Shown: positions 1 to 10,514, counted from the stretch's first letter. The stretch: DNA of 64,000 nucleotides from Candidatus Poribacteria bacterium (GCA_965208325.1 OZ242326.1:576001-640000); one strand, 5' to 3'. Program-made: numbers and translations. The notes: generated by a model from the letters alone, not told the origin.

Positions 1-732
1 AGATGGTTAGAAAGCCTAATCACGTTTATCTACCCCGCAAAATGTCGGTGCTGCGAAATGCCTATGGGCGTTGGTGGCGTCCACTACATCTGCGACACCT
101 GTTGGGAAAAAATTGAGTTTCTGTCAAGACCGTGGTGCGGAATCTGTGGCACACCGCTCAACTCTCGCGCATCAAATAATAACGATGTTTGCGCAGATTG
201 TCGAAAGCAGCCGCCGTGGTATGGCAAACGCCGCGCCATCGCATTTTATGAACCCACTGTGCGTGGGGCTATCCATCTCTTCAAATACGAAAAGAAGCAA
301 ATTCTGGCAAAACACTTGAATCAGTTAATTCAAGTGCATCTTCCCACGGATCTCTTCGCCGCCGACTATGATTTTTTAATCCCCATCCCTCTTCATACTC
401 GTCGGCAACGCGATAGAGGATTTAACCAATCCGAACAGATTGCCCAGAGTGTTGCGGAGATCTGGAACGTGCCAGTCCGGGTGGATATCCTTTTTCGCAT
501 TAAAGACACCGCACCGCAAAGCAGCATGAATTCTCGCGAGGAACGTATTGAAAACATCGCTGACGCCTTTGAAGTCCGCTCGATAGAAAGCATTACCAAT
601 CAACGAATCTTGCTAGTCGATGACATCTATACAACAGGTACAACCGTAGACGAAGCGTCAAGGGTTCTCCTGATCGGGAACCCTACTGAAGTCGATATAT
701 TGACGCTTGCCCGAACGAGACCGGCCAGATAA
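1..732 (+). CDS. comF: ComF family protein (zinc ribbon + phosphoribosyltransferase domain), 5' end lies outside the window
   Basis: Frame open from base 1 (RWLESLITFIYPAKCRCC...); CxxC pairs, PIPLH..R...RGFNQSE, LLVDDIYTTGTT. Confidence 0.9.
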   Translation, partial: RWLESLITFIYPAKCRCCEMPMGVGGVHYICDTCWEKIEFLSRPWCGICGTPLNSRASNNNDVCADCRKQPPWYGKRRAIAFYEPTVRGAIHLFKYEKKQILAKHLNQLIQVHLPTDLFAADYDFLIPIPLHTRRQRDRGFNQSEQIAQSVAEIWNVPVRVDILFRIKDTAPQSSMNSREERIENIADAFEVRSIESITNQRILLVDDIYTTGTTVDEASRVLLIGNPTEVDILTLARTRPAR

Positions 733-751
733 TAATTTTGGAGATTACAAG

Positions 752-1459
752 ATGAAACTTCTAATCACTTCTGCAGCTTCTGATTTAGGTCAATCATTAG
801 CCGCAACTCTCTCCAGCAAATATCAGGTTCGCCTGACAGACCTGGTTGATGTCGAAACCGATCTCGAGTTCGTCCGCAGCGATCTCGGGCATGGTGAGGC
901 GACTAACCAGCTAGTGCGGGGAATAGATACCATAATCCATTTAGCGGCGTTGTCCCCCGTCCTGCTTTCAGAATCATGCGATGCAGCAAATTTGGAAATA
1001 GACTTTTTGACGCGGTGCACCTACAACTTGCTGTTGGCTTCCGCTGCCGAGAATGTATCGCGAGTCATCTACGCGAGTACACTAGGTCTAATGGAGCAGT
1101 ATGATGCAGATTGGACGGTCACTGAATGCTGGCGTCCGCTTCCCACAACGGAGCCTTCCACTCTTTCAAAGCACCTCGGCGAATTCGTGTGCCGCGAATT
1201 TGCCCGCGAAGGATTAATCAACATCACTTGTCTTAGATTGGGTGCATTAGTCACCGAAGCCAAAGTCTCAAACCAACCATTTGACGCGGCATGGCTTGAA
1301 CTGAAAGACGCAGTCCACGTATTTGAGTGTGCGCTAAACGCGCCTGACGCAAAGTGGGAAATATTCCACGTCCAATCGGAATATCCAGATTCACGCTTTT
1401 CCATCCTCAAGGCGAAGGATTCCCTAAAATTCAATCCGCAGTTTTCTTTTGAAAGGTGA
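752..1459 (+). CDS. NAD-dependent epimerase/dehydratase (extended SDR) homologue with degenerate motifs
   Basis: IIHLAA, VIYAST, CLRLG SDR elements; the Gly-rich motif reads TSAASDLG and YxxxK reads STLSK; ATG at 752 follows GGAG. Confidence 0.75.
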   Translation: MKLLITSAASDLGQSLAATLSSKYQVRLTDLVDVETDLEFVRSDLGHGEATNQLVRGIDTIIHLAALSPVLLSESCDAANLEIDFLTRCTYNLLLASAAENVSRVIYASTLGLMEQYDADWTVTECWRPLPTTEPSTLSKHLGEFVCREFAREGLINITCLRLGALVTEAKVSNQPFDAAWLELKDAVHVFECALNAPDAKWEIFHVQSEYPDSRFSILKAKDSLKFNPQFSFER

Positions 1460-1462
1460 ACA

Positions 1463-2191
1463 ATGAAAGTACTAATTTTGGGCGGACACGGTTTTTTAGG
1501 CCCACATCTTGTGACGGCATTAGAGCGATATCACCATCTGCGCATCACAGATATCAAACCGATCGAAACCGAACATGAATCAATGCACGTTGACGTTGAA
1601 TCGCTGGATGAAGTTTTGAAAGCTGCGGAGGGGATGGACGCTATCATCAACTGTTCGGTTTTGCGTGAGGATCGCCAGCTCGCGTTTGATGTGAACACAC
1701 GCGGGTGCTACAACGCCATGTGCGCCGCAGTAAAACACGGCATTCGGAGAGTGATTAACACCGGTCCGCATTTTACGATCCAAGGAAGTTCTTACACGGA
1801 CTTCGACTACGAAATCAATCCGGATGTGCCTCCGCATCCGGGCACGCTCCTTTATGCAATCTCAAAGGGACTTGGGCAGGAGATTTGTAAAGTTTTCACA
1901 GAGAATCATGACATTCATGTGCTCTGTTTTCTTTTTCTAGCGTTCTATTCACATGATGTTGCGGGCGAAGGGACAGATATTAATGCGTTCTCTGTCTCGT
2001 GGCGAGATGCGGCAGAGATATTCAGGTTGGGATTGGAGATTGACCTTGCCGAACTTCCGTCGCGGTGCGAGGTATTCAATATCTTTAGCAATTTACCGCA
2101 TCGGCAATTCTCTAACGACAAAGCAAAACGGATTCTCGGTTTCAACCCGCAAGACAACTTTGAGAAGAAATGGCACAGGTATCGGGCATGA
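1463..2191 (+). CDS. NAD-dependent epimerase/dehydrogenase (uronate dehydrogenase-like SDR)
   Basis: GGHGFLG Rossmann motif, YAISK catalytic motif, AKRILGFNP C-terminus. Confidence 0.85.
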   Translation: MKVLILGGHGFLGPHLVTALERYHHLRITDIKPIETEHESMHVDVESLDEVLKAAEGMDAIINCSVLREDRQLAFDVNTRGCYNAMCAAVKHGIRRVINTGPHFTIQGSSYTDFDYEINPDVPPHPGTLLYAISKGLGQEICKVFTENHDIHVLCFLFLAFYSHDVAGEGTDINAFSVSWRDAAEIFRLGLEIDLAELPSRCEVFNIFSNLPHRQFSNDKAKRILGFNPQDNFEKKWHRYRA

Positions 2192-2395
2192 TGAAAATTG
2201 CAAATACGAAACTCGCTTCGTGGCGCACAGGCACTTGGATTTCGGTTGTTGATAAAATCTTGGTTTTTTACTGCAATTTAGTTTGAATGCGGGTTTTAAT
2301 CCCAATGTCGCGCCTCACGTGCCGAGAACCATGACGGATCCTACAAACAAAATTGTTAATGCAATCGAATATAGCCGCGTGGTGTTACGCGCAAA

Positions 2396-3388
2396 TCACA
2401 CCGGAAACAACAATTGCTGATCGAAGAAAACCTTGCTGACAGATCGATGTTGGTGAATCCTCAAGATGGCTTCAGCGACCAGCGGAGCGATGGAAAGCAC
2501 CTTAATCTTCCCGTGTAGCTGTTTTTCTGCCGGAACAGGAATCGTATTGGTGACGACCACCTCTTGGATGCCGGGGTGACTTAGTCGTTCAAGTGCAGAA
2601 CCGACGAGTACGGGATGGGTAACGCTTATATATGAGGGATTAGCGCCCGCTTTGGATAGTGCTTCGACCTGTTTGTAAATCGTACCGCCAGTCGCAATTT
2701 CATCGTCAATAATTATGGGGGTTTTGCCCGCGACATCACCGACGAGTTCAACAAATTCAACCTGCTGACCGCCCACGCCGCTGCGCCGTTTGTGCATTAA
2801 GGCTAACGGTAGTTCGAGCATATCCATGTACTTTTCTGCTAACTTAGCGCGTCCAACGTCAGGAGAGGCAATAACTCCATTTTCGATATGCTTCTCTCTG
2901 AAATAGTTCACCAATATTGCGACAGCAGTTAAATGATCCATAGGAATATCGAAGAAACCTTGAATCTGCGATGCGTGTAGGTCCAGTGCCACGACACGAT
3001 TCGCGCCTGCGGTGGTCAATAGATCTGCAACCAACTTTGCGCTAATCGGTTCCCGCCCAGTGGTTTTGTGGTCCTGGCGGGCGTAACCAAAGTACGGAAT
3101 AACAGCGGTAATCTGTCTTGCAGATGCACGTTTCATTGCGTCGATGGTAAGGAGTAATTCCATCAAGTGGTCGTTAGCTGGTTCGCACGTTGGTTGAATG
3201 ACATAAATATCCGTACCGCGAATACTTTCTTCAATTTGGACGCTGGTCTCGCTGTTTGGGAATTGACGGATTGAAATCCTTCCAAGCTCAACGTCCAGAA
3301 TGGCAGCGACCTCCTTTGAAATCTCCGGATTCGCACGCCCTGAGAATAATCTGAAATCGCTGCCAACCCTTTCCATTTTCATGGACAT
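2396..3388 (-). CDS. prs: ribose-phosphate pyrophosphokinase
   Basis: IPYFGYARQD, DLHASQIQGFF, SPDVG, DDEIATGGT. Confidence 0.97.
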   Translation of the reverse strand: MSMKMERVGSDFRLFSGRANPEISKEVAAILDVELGRISIRQFPNSETSVQIEESIRGTDIYVIQPTCEPANDHLMELLLTIDAMKRASARQITAVIPYFGYARQDHKTTGREPISAKLVADLLTTAGANRVVALDLHASQIQGFFDIPMDHLTAVAILVNYFREKHIENGVIASPDVGRAKLAEKYMDMLELPLALMHKRRSGVGGQQVEFVELVGDVAGKTPIIIDDEIATGGTIYKQVEALSKAGANPSYISVTHPVLVGSALERLSHPGIQEVVVTNTIPVPAEKQLHGKIKVLSIAPLVAEAILRIHQHRSVSKVFFDQQLLFPV

Positions 3389-3451
3389 ATTGCTATAACC
3401 TCCGTGATTTTTTCGTGCTTATCACATTGGAATGAGGCACACACCCAATGC

Positions 3452-3970
3452 CTAACCAATGTTCATTCTATGCGGTAATCCCCACTGAAGAACAATTTCA
3501 GGCGGGAAAACACATGATTCAATTTCGGAAATCAGATTTTGTAGCATATTCCTTGCCTTCTCTGCTACATCGCCCCGTATCCAATTGTGCAAAATCGCGT
3601 TCTCAAATTCATCTTCATCATGAAGTTGATATCTTCCATCCGGCGAAACCCACAAATCCAAAAATAAATCTGTAATTTCGAAATGCGTTTTTGTTCGATT
3701 CATCGGCATAATTATGTCACAGTAATAACCCGTGAGTTTATTGTCAAGATCATAAATCTTGCCAATGTCATACCATCGGTTGGCGAAGACAAACCAAATG
3801 GCGGTAAAGTCATTCCCAAGCACAGTCACTCCGTCAATCACGATTGGCTTTGAAGGGTTGACCTGCTGAAGGGTTACGATTAAGTCTTTGTCTTCATGAA
3901 GCAAGTCCTGTTGAAAATGGCTAACGCGATCCGGCAAACGTCTGTAGATTAGTTCGATAGTCTGCGTCAT
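3452..3970 (-). CDS. DUF402 family protein (putative nucleoside diphosphatase/RNA-binding)
   Basis: GYYCDI, DLFLDLWV.PDG...L.DEDEF motif; abuts trpF stop. Confidence 0.85.
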   Translation of the reverse strand: MTQTIELIYRRLPDRVSHFQQDLLHEDKDLIVTLQQVNPSKPIVIDGVTVLGNDFTAIWFVFANRWYDIGKIYDLDNKLTGYYCDIIMPMNRTKTHFEITDLFLDLWVSPDGRYQLHDEDEFENAILHNWIRGDVAEKARNMLQNLISEIESCVFPPEIVLQWGLPHRMNIG

Positions 3971-4588
3971 TTAAACTGTTGTTGCTCTCACGGCGTCAAT
4001 AAATGCCTTGATTTTGGCAGGATCTTTGCGGCCCGGGCTTATTTCAACGCCGCTGCTGACATCAACACCATACGGTCGCACCTGCAGAATCGCTGACGCA
4101 ATGTTTTCAGGATTTAGCCCCCCAGCCAAAATGATCCGACCATATTGTCTTGCCTTTACTGCTAGGTTCCAATCGAAAACTCTACCTGTGCCGCCCATTG
4201 CCCCTCTGACATAAGCATCCAATAAATACGCACTGACGCGAAAATCGCCCAAACGAGACAGGTTCGATTCGTCTTTAACACGGAATGCTTTGACAACTTT
4301 TCGTTTCAATGATAAGCATAATTCCGGCGACTCTTCACCGTGTAATTGTATCGCATCTAAAGAACAGTCGATTGCAACCTTATTAATTTCGCTCAATTCG
4401 GCGTTAACGAACAGTCCGACGGTTGTAATGAAGGGAGGTAAATCTTCGATAATTTCTGCCGCTTCATCGGGATGGAGATATCGGGGTGTGTTTGGGACAA
4501 ATATAAAACCGAGCGCATCTGCACCTGCCTCCACCGCAATCAATGCATCGACAAGGTTCGTTGTTCCACATATTTTGATGCGAGTCAA
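3971..4588 (-). CDS. trpF: phosphoribosylanthranilate isomerase
   Basis: IKICG, QLHGEE, GGTG..FDW, LAGGLNPEN, DVSSGVE. Confidence 0.96.
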   Translation of the reverse strand: MTRIKICGTTNLVDALIAVEAGADALGFIFVPNTPRYLHPDEAAEIIEDLPPFITTVGLFVNAELSEINKVAIDCSLDAIQLHGEESPELCLSLKRKVVKAFRVKDESNLSRLGDFRVSAYLLDAYVRGAMGGTGRVFDWNLAVKARQYGRIILAGGLNPENIASAILQVRPYGVDVSSGVEISPGRKDPAKIKAFIDAVRATTV

Positions 4589-4795
4589 CGTGCAATCCTC
4601 GGGTCTTATCGGTTTTCCTTTGTAATCTTATTGTAACAAATTGTCAAAGTATAGATCAAGCCATAAGTCATTCAAAGATTCAAACTTTAATTTAAAAAAA
4701 TCTGACATTTTTCTCGTTTGAATTGACTCCCCATTTCTAAACTCGTTAAAATTCTCAAGCTCATCTCAGTTGAATCTAACAAGATAAACTGTCAA

Positions 4796-5581
4796 CTACG
4801 AATGCGTTGAATTCGTTGTACTCGTTCTATGTTCAAAGTGTGTTTGTAGAGCGACGCTGCTAGACAAGATATGTTGAGTCATTGCTTGCTGTGCCTCTTC
4901 AGCATCCCTGTTTTGGAGCGTTAGGAGAATTTTCTGGTGCTCTCGAACCGACAAAATTGCGCGTCTTTCCGCTTTAGGAATTGGGGGTTCGGCTAGACTC
5001 CCTTTAATCCACGTTTGCAGGTAATTGCGTGTCATGTTTAGTAGGTTATAAAGTATCGAATTCTGTGTGGCTTGAGCAACCGTAAGGTGGAACTGCACAT
5101 CGAATCCTAAATATTTCTCGGGCTGCTGAATTGATGCTTCCATTCCCTTAAGCGTTAGCTCGATTTCGTCTATGTTCTCGGACGAAGCCCTTTGTGCAGC
5201 TAGAAATGCGGTTTGGGATTCCAACATCAGCCGAGTTTCAATCAAATCTTGGATTTTTTTTCGGTCGAGCAACAAACTCCACTGCAGGGCTTTTTCTAAA
5301 TACCGCTCGTTGTCGTTGGAGACAAAAGTGCCGTCACCAACTCGTCCGTCTAGTATTCCCATTACGGTAAGAGAACGCAGCGCTTCTCTTAACGAACTGC
5401 GCCCCACTCCAAATTGTCTACATAGCGCACGTTCAGAGGGAAGCCGGTCACCGGGTTTAAGCACATCTCTCGAAATCAGGTCGACAATTTGAGATACAAT
5501 TTCATCGCTAAGAGACGTACGAGCAATAGGACGCATCTCTTCCATGGCTGAGTTTATCGTGTTATGGTGTCTCATATTCAT
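4796..5581 (-). CDS. FadR/GntR family transcriptional regulator (true start may be 5545)
   Basis: LKPGDRLPSERAL...GVGRSSLREAL wHTH; FCD domain D..FH...A..N. Confidence 0.93.
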   Translation of the reverse strand: MNMRHHNTINSAMEEMRPIARTSLSDEIVSQIVDLISRDVLKPGDRLPSERALCRQFGVGRSSLREALRSLTVMGILDGRVGDGTFVSNDNERYLEKALQWSLLLDRKKIQDLIETRLMLESQTAFLAAQRASSENIDEIELTLKGMEASIQQPEKYLGFDVQFHLTVAQATQNSILYNLLNMTRNYLQTWIKGSLAEPPIPKAERRAILSVREHQKILLTLQNRDAEEAQQAMTQHILSSSVALQTHFEHRTSTTNSTHS

Positions 5582-5662
5582 TCACACTGCCTCGTGTTTT
5601 CCATTTAACAATTCAATAATACCGTGCATGCAACCATAGTCAAATTGCACGAAAAAATTTGC

Positions 5663-5708
5663 TTTACAATTCTATGATTTTGCGATAAAATAACTAAAGG
5701 TCAGACCA
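5663..5708 (+). promoter_or_regulatory. sigma70-like promoter overlapped by a FadR-type operator
   Basis: TTTACA(5663-68)-17 bp-TAAAAT(5686-91), then the palindrome GGTC-A-GACC (5699-5707). Confidence 0.6.
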
Positions 5709-5808
5709 TCAGTTATTATGCTTCTAACTTTCTCTGTTGTCAAGTAAATTACATTGTGAATGAACAGCCGAGAATGCGATTAAATCATTACCCGAGAGGA
5801 TTTAAACC

Positions 5809-6444
5809 ATGGGTGAGACGATCGATATTGGAAGGCGGATTGAATTGGTTCCGATGGATTCCCATTTTCAAGACATTACTATTGGCTTGTACAGCCAGGA
5901 ACAGGATGAGGGTCCCGCGTATTTAATTCATACATATAGTCGCCTGGACGGCACCGAGCAGCGCATTGCATTTGTGCGAAGGGCGATGAAAATTTTGGGA
6001 GGCTTGGAATGTACTCTTGATGGGTTGCTACGGTTTCCTTGTAAGGCAAAACATGAACTTGCTTGTAAACGCATTTTTCTGGAAGCATGCAAGCTCAACC
6101 CGGACAAGCCGATCACGCCGCGCCCTCTAAATACTCTCGACAAGAAGTCCGGTTTTACTATCACGGTTCTCAGTCTCGGAAACGGGGTTTATCAAATCAC
6201 GGCCGATGGCGAGGGGCGTCACAGAGCAAAGCGCATATCGGCTATTGGCGGAGGTTTAATTAAACTCGGGCAGATGGATGAAACAGGTGAAGATGCAGAT
6301 CGAGTGGCTTTTTCTTGTGGACACGTCCACGATGCCATGGTTGGACTATTACTGGTTCGTGCGCCGAATGTACGCGCCGTAATGCGGGAACAGCAGGCGG
6401 TTGCATCACGAGGGACGCTGTCAGCACCCAGCCAACAGGAATAG
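5809..6444 (+). CDS. hypothetical protein, first gene of the corrinoid cluster, with an internal F-x-C-x3-H repeat
   Basis: GAGAGGA RBS; 211-aa ORF co-oriented with the cluster. Confidence 0.75.
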   Translation: MGETIDIGRRIELVPMDSHFQDITIGLYSQEQDEGPAYLIHTYSRLDGTEQRIAFVRRAMKILGGLECTLDGLLRFPCKAKHELACKRIFLEACKLNPDKPITPRPLNTLDKKSGFTITVLSLGNGVYQITADGEGRHRAKRISAIGGGLIKLGQMDETGEDADRVAFSCGHVHDAMVGLLLVRAPNVRAVMREQQAVASRGTLSAPSQQE

Positions 6445-6493
6445 TCTGAACGCAAGTAATGACTAGTCCTTTTTACGTTAGGAGAAAAACGAG

Positions 6494-7549
6494 ATGCAAA
6501 CTCAATCAATGACGAGTCGCCAACGTGTCCTTGCAGCGTTGCAAAGAGCACCGGTGGATCGGACGCCCATTTGCAATCCGACATCTGTGGCCACGGTGGA
6601 ATTGATGGACTTGGTAGATGCGCCGTTCCCTGAGGCAAACCGGCAGCCGGACCTGATGGCACGGCTAGCCGCGACTGGTTATACTGAGTTAGGATTCGAC
6701 ACGATTATGCCGGTTTTCACTATTATTCAAGAGTCTTCCGCACTCGGTTGCAAGATTCAATGGGAACAAAAGGATAACTGGCCCACTGTGAAAATGCGAG
6801 AACCGATTTGGGAAGACGTTGAGGACATCAAAATTCCGCCCAATCTCATAACTCACCAAGATACTCGCTGCGTGACCGATGCGATCCAAATCCTCAAAAA
6901 GGAGTACGGCGAAGAAGTCGCTGTGATCGGCAAGACGATGGGACCCTGGTCGCTCGGATACCACTGTTTCGGGGTCGAGCCTTTTCTGCTGTTGTCCTTA
7001 GACGATCCGGAAAAAACGAAACTCGCGCTGGATAAGATGAAAGAAATCACGATAGCGTTTGGGTTAGCACAGATTGAAGCCGGGGCGGATGCGCTAACCT
7101 TGCCCGATCACGCAACTGGGGATTTGGTCAGCGGCGAGTATTATCAGCGGTACTTGCGGGATCTTCACATTGAGTTTGCCGAACGCCTTCCAATCCCGCT
7201 AATTCTACATATTTGCGGGCGCACGGTCGACCGTATGGAGTACATCGCACAAACTGGTTTCGCAGCTTTCCATTACGACTCCAAGAATGCCCCGGATGAG
7301 TCCATGGCAGTGATGCAGAAGCGAATTGCCCTAGTCGGGAATATCAACAATCCCGAAACGTTGTTTGCAAAAGGCCCTGAGGAAGTGCGCCAGGAAGTCT
7401 ACAAAAATCTTGATGCAGGTGTCGAACTTGTAGGTCCTGAATGTGCGATTCCGCTGCAAACTTCGATTGAAAACCTAAAAGAGATTCCCGCGGCCGTCAA
7501 TGATTGGCACCGGCAAAATGCGAGTTTGATTCAAGAAGAATATATTTGA
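6494..7549 (+). CDS. MtaA/CmuA family (UROD-fold) corrinoid methyltransferase
   Basis: MTSRQRVLAAL..DRTP N-terminus, GPWSL, QIEAGAD, Zn motif LHICG and distal PECA. Confidence 0.9.
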   Translation: MQTQSMTSRQRVLAALQRAPVDRTPICNPTSVATVELMDLVDAPFPEANRQPDLMARLAATGYTELGFDTIMPVFTIIQESSALGCKIQWEQKDNWPTVKMREPIWEDVEDIKIPPNLITHQDTRCVTDAIQILKKEYGEEVAVIGKTMGPWSLGYHCFGVEPFLLLSLDDPEKTKLALDKMKEITIAFGLAQIEAGADALTLPDHATGDLVSGEYYQRYLRDLHIEFAERLPIPLILHICGRTVDRMEYIAQTGFAAFHYDSKNAPDESMAVMQKRIALVGNINNPETLFAKGPEEVRQEVYKNLDAGVELVGPECAIPLQTSIENLKEIPAAVNDWHRQNASLIQEEYI

Positions 7550-7567
7550 AACTTAAAGAGACATACT

Positions 7568-8332
7568 ATGCCTGAAATTACCGACATCGTAAATGATTTC
7601 ATTAGGGATGAAATCGAAGAATACATTGAACGTGCCGATGAACGTACGCGCACTATCAATATATTGGCGCAAGCAAGTCCCGCGATGCAAGCAATTGCTG
7701 CCGCACTTGTTGACGGGGACCACCATACCGTGGATCGATTAACAAAAGAGGCTTTGCACGCGGGTACGGAGGCTTTGGAGATTATGGACGATGGCCTCAT
7801 CGCTGGGATGGGAATTGTTGGAATAAAGTTTCGAGAAAATTTCATTTTCGTCCCGGAAGTCCTCGCTTGTGCGCGCGCAATGAAGGCCGGCATGGCGTAT
7901 ATCGAACCGATACTGTCCGCGTCGGGGATTGAGCCAATTGGTACCGTTATCATGGGGACAGTGAAAGGAGATCTGCACGATATTGGCAAAAATTTATGCA
8001 TCATGATGCTTCGCGGCGCAGGATTCGTTGTACACGATTTGGGCGTCGATACTTCAGACGACGAGTTTATTGATGCCGTGGAAGAACACGGTGCGCCGGT
8101 GCTAGGAATGTCGGCACTCTTGACTACGACGATGCCCAACATGGGTAAGACGATTGAAGCTTTCATTGATGAAGATCTCCGCGAAGATGTCAAAATCATG
8201 GTCGGTGGGGCGCCCGTAACCCAAGAGTTTGCCGATGATATGGGTGCGGACGGATATGGGAAGGACGCACTTGCGTGCGTGGCGCTTGCCAAGCAACTGT
8301 TTGTAGAACTTAGAGACGAAGGAAGGCTATAA
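7568..8332 (+). CDS. corrinoid (cobalamin-binding) protein
   Basis: Cap domain plus GDLHDIGKNL (DxHxxG), SALLTTT, VGGAPV. Confidence 0.95.
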   Translation: MPEITDIVNDFIRDEIEEYIERADERTRTINILAQASPAMQAIAAALVDGDHHTVDRLTKEALHAGTEALEIMDDGLIAGMGIVGIKFRENFIFVPEVLACARAMKAGMAYIEPILSASGIEPIGTVIMGTVKGDLHDIGKNLCIMMLRGAGFVVHDLGVDTSDDEFIDAVEEHGAPVLGMSALLTTTMPNMGKTIEAFIDEDLREDVKIMVGGAPVTQEFADDMGADGYGKDALACVALAKQLFVELRDEGRL

Positions 8333-8520
8333 ACGGTTTTACACCAGTCTTGCTTTATGCTCCCACCGTGCTATTCTGATGAAGTAACTAAGCAAAAATT
8401 AGCCAAACAAGTGAATTAGCACATTGTTGGCCTTAATCGCTAATCGGCGAAGTTCTTGAGCTGATATTTTGTCACTGCCAAGATTCACGTCTGTGTGTTG
8501 AATTTGCGGAAAGGTTTAAC

Positions 8521-10434
8521 ATGCCGAGGATTTCCAAGGAAGAATATCGGAAACGGTTGGACAAAATTACGGAATTGTTCGCTAGCATCGTGGGACACGC
8601 CGATGAACAAGCCGCATATAGGTGTCCCTACAAAAACCGGTTCGATCAATGTACTGCCAAATTCGGCTGTAGGAATCAGCGTAAACCTCGTGAAAAAGGG
8701 AAGTCATTGATGTGCGGCGGCGACGATAAGCTTGACTATCGCAGCGCATGGGATACTGAGGCTGGTGTAGGTGTTTTTATTGAGAGTGAAGGCGATTATG
8801 GAAAGGGCACTATAACGCATGACGGCACAAAGCGTAACCTTACAGCCGGGAAAACAGTTTTCGACTATGCTGACGAATTGGCGGTACAGGTGCCGACCTC
8901 CTGTTTTCGTACGGGGCAATGTCACGAGTGTATCGTTGAGATTAAGCAAGGCATACAGGCATTGCGTCCACGCAACGAAGCTGAGTCGTTTCTTCGGGAA
9001 AATTACCGTCTTGCTTGTCAGGCAGTTGTCGAAGACCCCGATACCGATGTACAGTTTTCGCCGCTGCGCAGAAAGCCTAGGATTCTCACACTTACCCAAG
9101 AAAAGCCCGCTGAACTCGAACCGATGGTCACCCGCCAGGGCGATACAGTCTACTACGATAGGGAAGCTATCGACACATACCGCGGGCACCTTTACGGTCT
9201 TGCCATAGATTTGGGTACCACAACCGTCGTAATGGATTTGGTAAATCTTGAGACCGGCGAAAGCGTGAGCGTCAACTCCTTTGAAAATCCGCAGCGGTTC
9301 GGCGGCAGCGATGTGATGCATCGTATTTCATACGACGGTGTGTATGCCGGTGAGTTACGCAAGGCGGTTACCAATGCCCTGAATCACGAAATCGCCGAGA
9401 TGGGAAAACGTTTGGGCTTCGTCCGTCAGGAAATCTACGAGATTGTTGTTGCGGGCAACTCGACTATGCGCGATATTTTCTTCAAGTTGGACGTGCAGAG
9501 CATCGGCCAAAAACCCTATAAGTCCGTGATTGAACACGCGTACATCGCAGAGGAACTCAACACGACTTCGCTTGTTGAGAAAACGCGGCGTTTAGGGCTT
9601 CGGGCGAATCCAAGAGCCCGAGTTTATGGGTTGCCGTTGATTGCAAGCCATGTGGGTGCCGATGTTGCAGCCGATTTGGTCGCCATTGACATGGTATCGC
9701 AGAAAAAAGCGGTCATGCTGGTAGATGTTGGTACTAACACTGAAGTCGTTGTGGGACACGCGGGACGGCTGATAACAGCGTCTTGTCCGGCAGGTCCCGC
9801 GTTTGAAGGCAGCGGAATTAAATTCGGTATGCCAGGTTACGAAGGAGCCATCGAGTCAATTCGGTGGGGTGACGGCCAAATCAATTATGACACTATTGGC
9901 GGTATTGCACCACAAGGCATCTGTGGATCGGGATTAATCGACCTGTTGGCAGAACTTCGCCGCCATAATCAGATGACAGCAAAAGGTGTTTTTGCTGATA
10001 GAAAACAGTATGACATGACCGTTGTGCCCGAACATGGCATTACGCTTTCCCGGGAAGACATTAGCAACTTGGCTCAAGCCAAGGCAGCCAATTACTGCGG
10101 ACAATTGATAGTCTTGCGAGAGTTCGGTATCGACCCATCGGAAATCAATCGGCTTTATTTAGCCGGTGGATTCGCAAATTATGTGGATGTTCACAACGCC
10201 GTCGAAATCGGTTTTCTTGCGCCAGTGCGCGGCGATAGAATCGTCAAAGTTGGAAACGCAGCGGTGCAGGGCGCGCGGGAAGTTCTCCTATCACGGAAAA
10301 AGCGTGACAATATTGAGCATCTGGTTAAAGGAATTGAACATGTCGAACTAGAGACAACGCCCGATTTCTTTGAGGTGTTCGTGGAAGGGTGCCAGTTTAA
10401 ACCCATGCCGAAGGAGTTAGCTGACATATCATGA
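8521..10434 (+). CDS. RACo/DUF4445 ASKHA reductive activator of corrinoid proteins with 2Fe-2S domain
   Basis: SCFRTGQCHEC...RLACQ ferredoxin; DLGTTT, NPQRFGGSDV..RI, DVGTNTE, AGPAFEG, GICGSG, AGGF. Confidence 0.93.
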   Translation: MPRISKEEYRKRLDKITELFASIVGHADEQAAYRCPYKNRFDQCTAKFGCRNQRKPREKGKSLMCGGDDKLDYRSAWDTEAGVGVFIESEGDYGKGTITHDGTKRNLTAGKTVFDYADELAVQVPTSCFRTGQCHECIVEIKQGIQALRPRNEAESFLRENYRLACQAVVEDPDTDVQFSPLRRKPRILTLTQEKPAELEPMVTRQGDTVYYDREAIDTYRGHLYGLAIDLGTTTVVMDLVNLETGESVSVNSFENPQRFGGSDVMHRISYDGVYAGELRKAVTNALNHEIAEMGKRLGFVRQEIYEIVVAGNSTMRDIFFKLDVQSIGQKPYKSVIEHAYIAEELNTTSLVEKTRRLGLRANPRARVYGLPLIASHVGADVAADLVAIDMVSQKKAVMLVDVGTNTEVVVGHAGRLITASCPAGPAFEGSGIKFGMPGYEGAIESIRWGDGQINYDTIGGIAPQGICGSGLIDLLAELRRHNQMTAKGVFADRKQYDMTVVPEHGITLSREDISNLAQAKAANYCGQLIVLREFGIDPSEINRLYLAGGFANYVDVHNAVEIGFLAPVRGDRIVKVGNAAVQGAREVLLSRKKRDNIEHLVKGIEHVELETTPDFFEVFVEGCQFKPMPKELADIS

Positions 10435-10514
10435 CTTTAGAAACGTGTCGGGCAGCTCACATACCAGATAAGAAGCCTACAGGAAAGCTGACCACATATC
10501 TTTAGGAGACGAAG

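Noticed and set aside
5582..5808. Cobalamin riboswitch ahead of the corrinoid cluster
   Set aside because: No B12-box or conserved GGGAA/GCCACTG elements seen; the region is AT-rich and promoter-like
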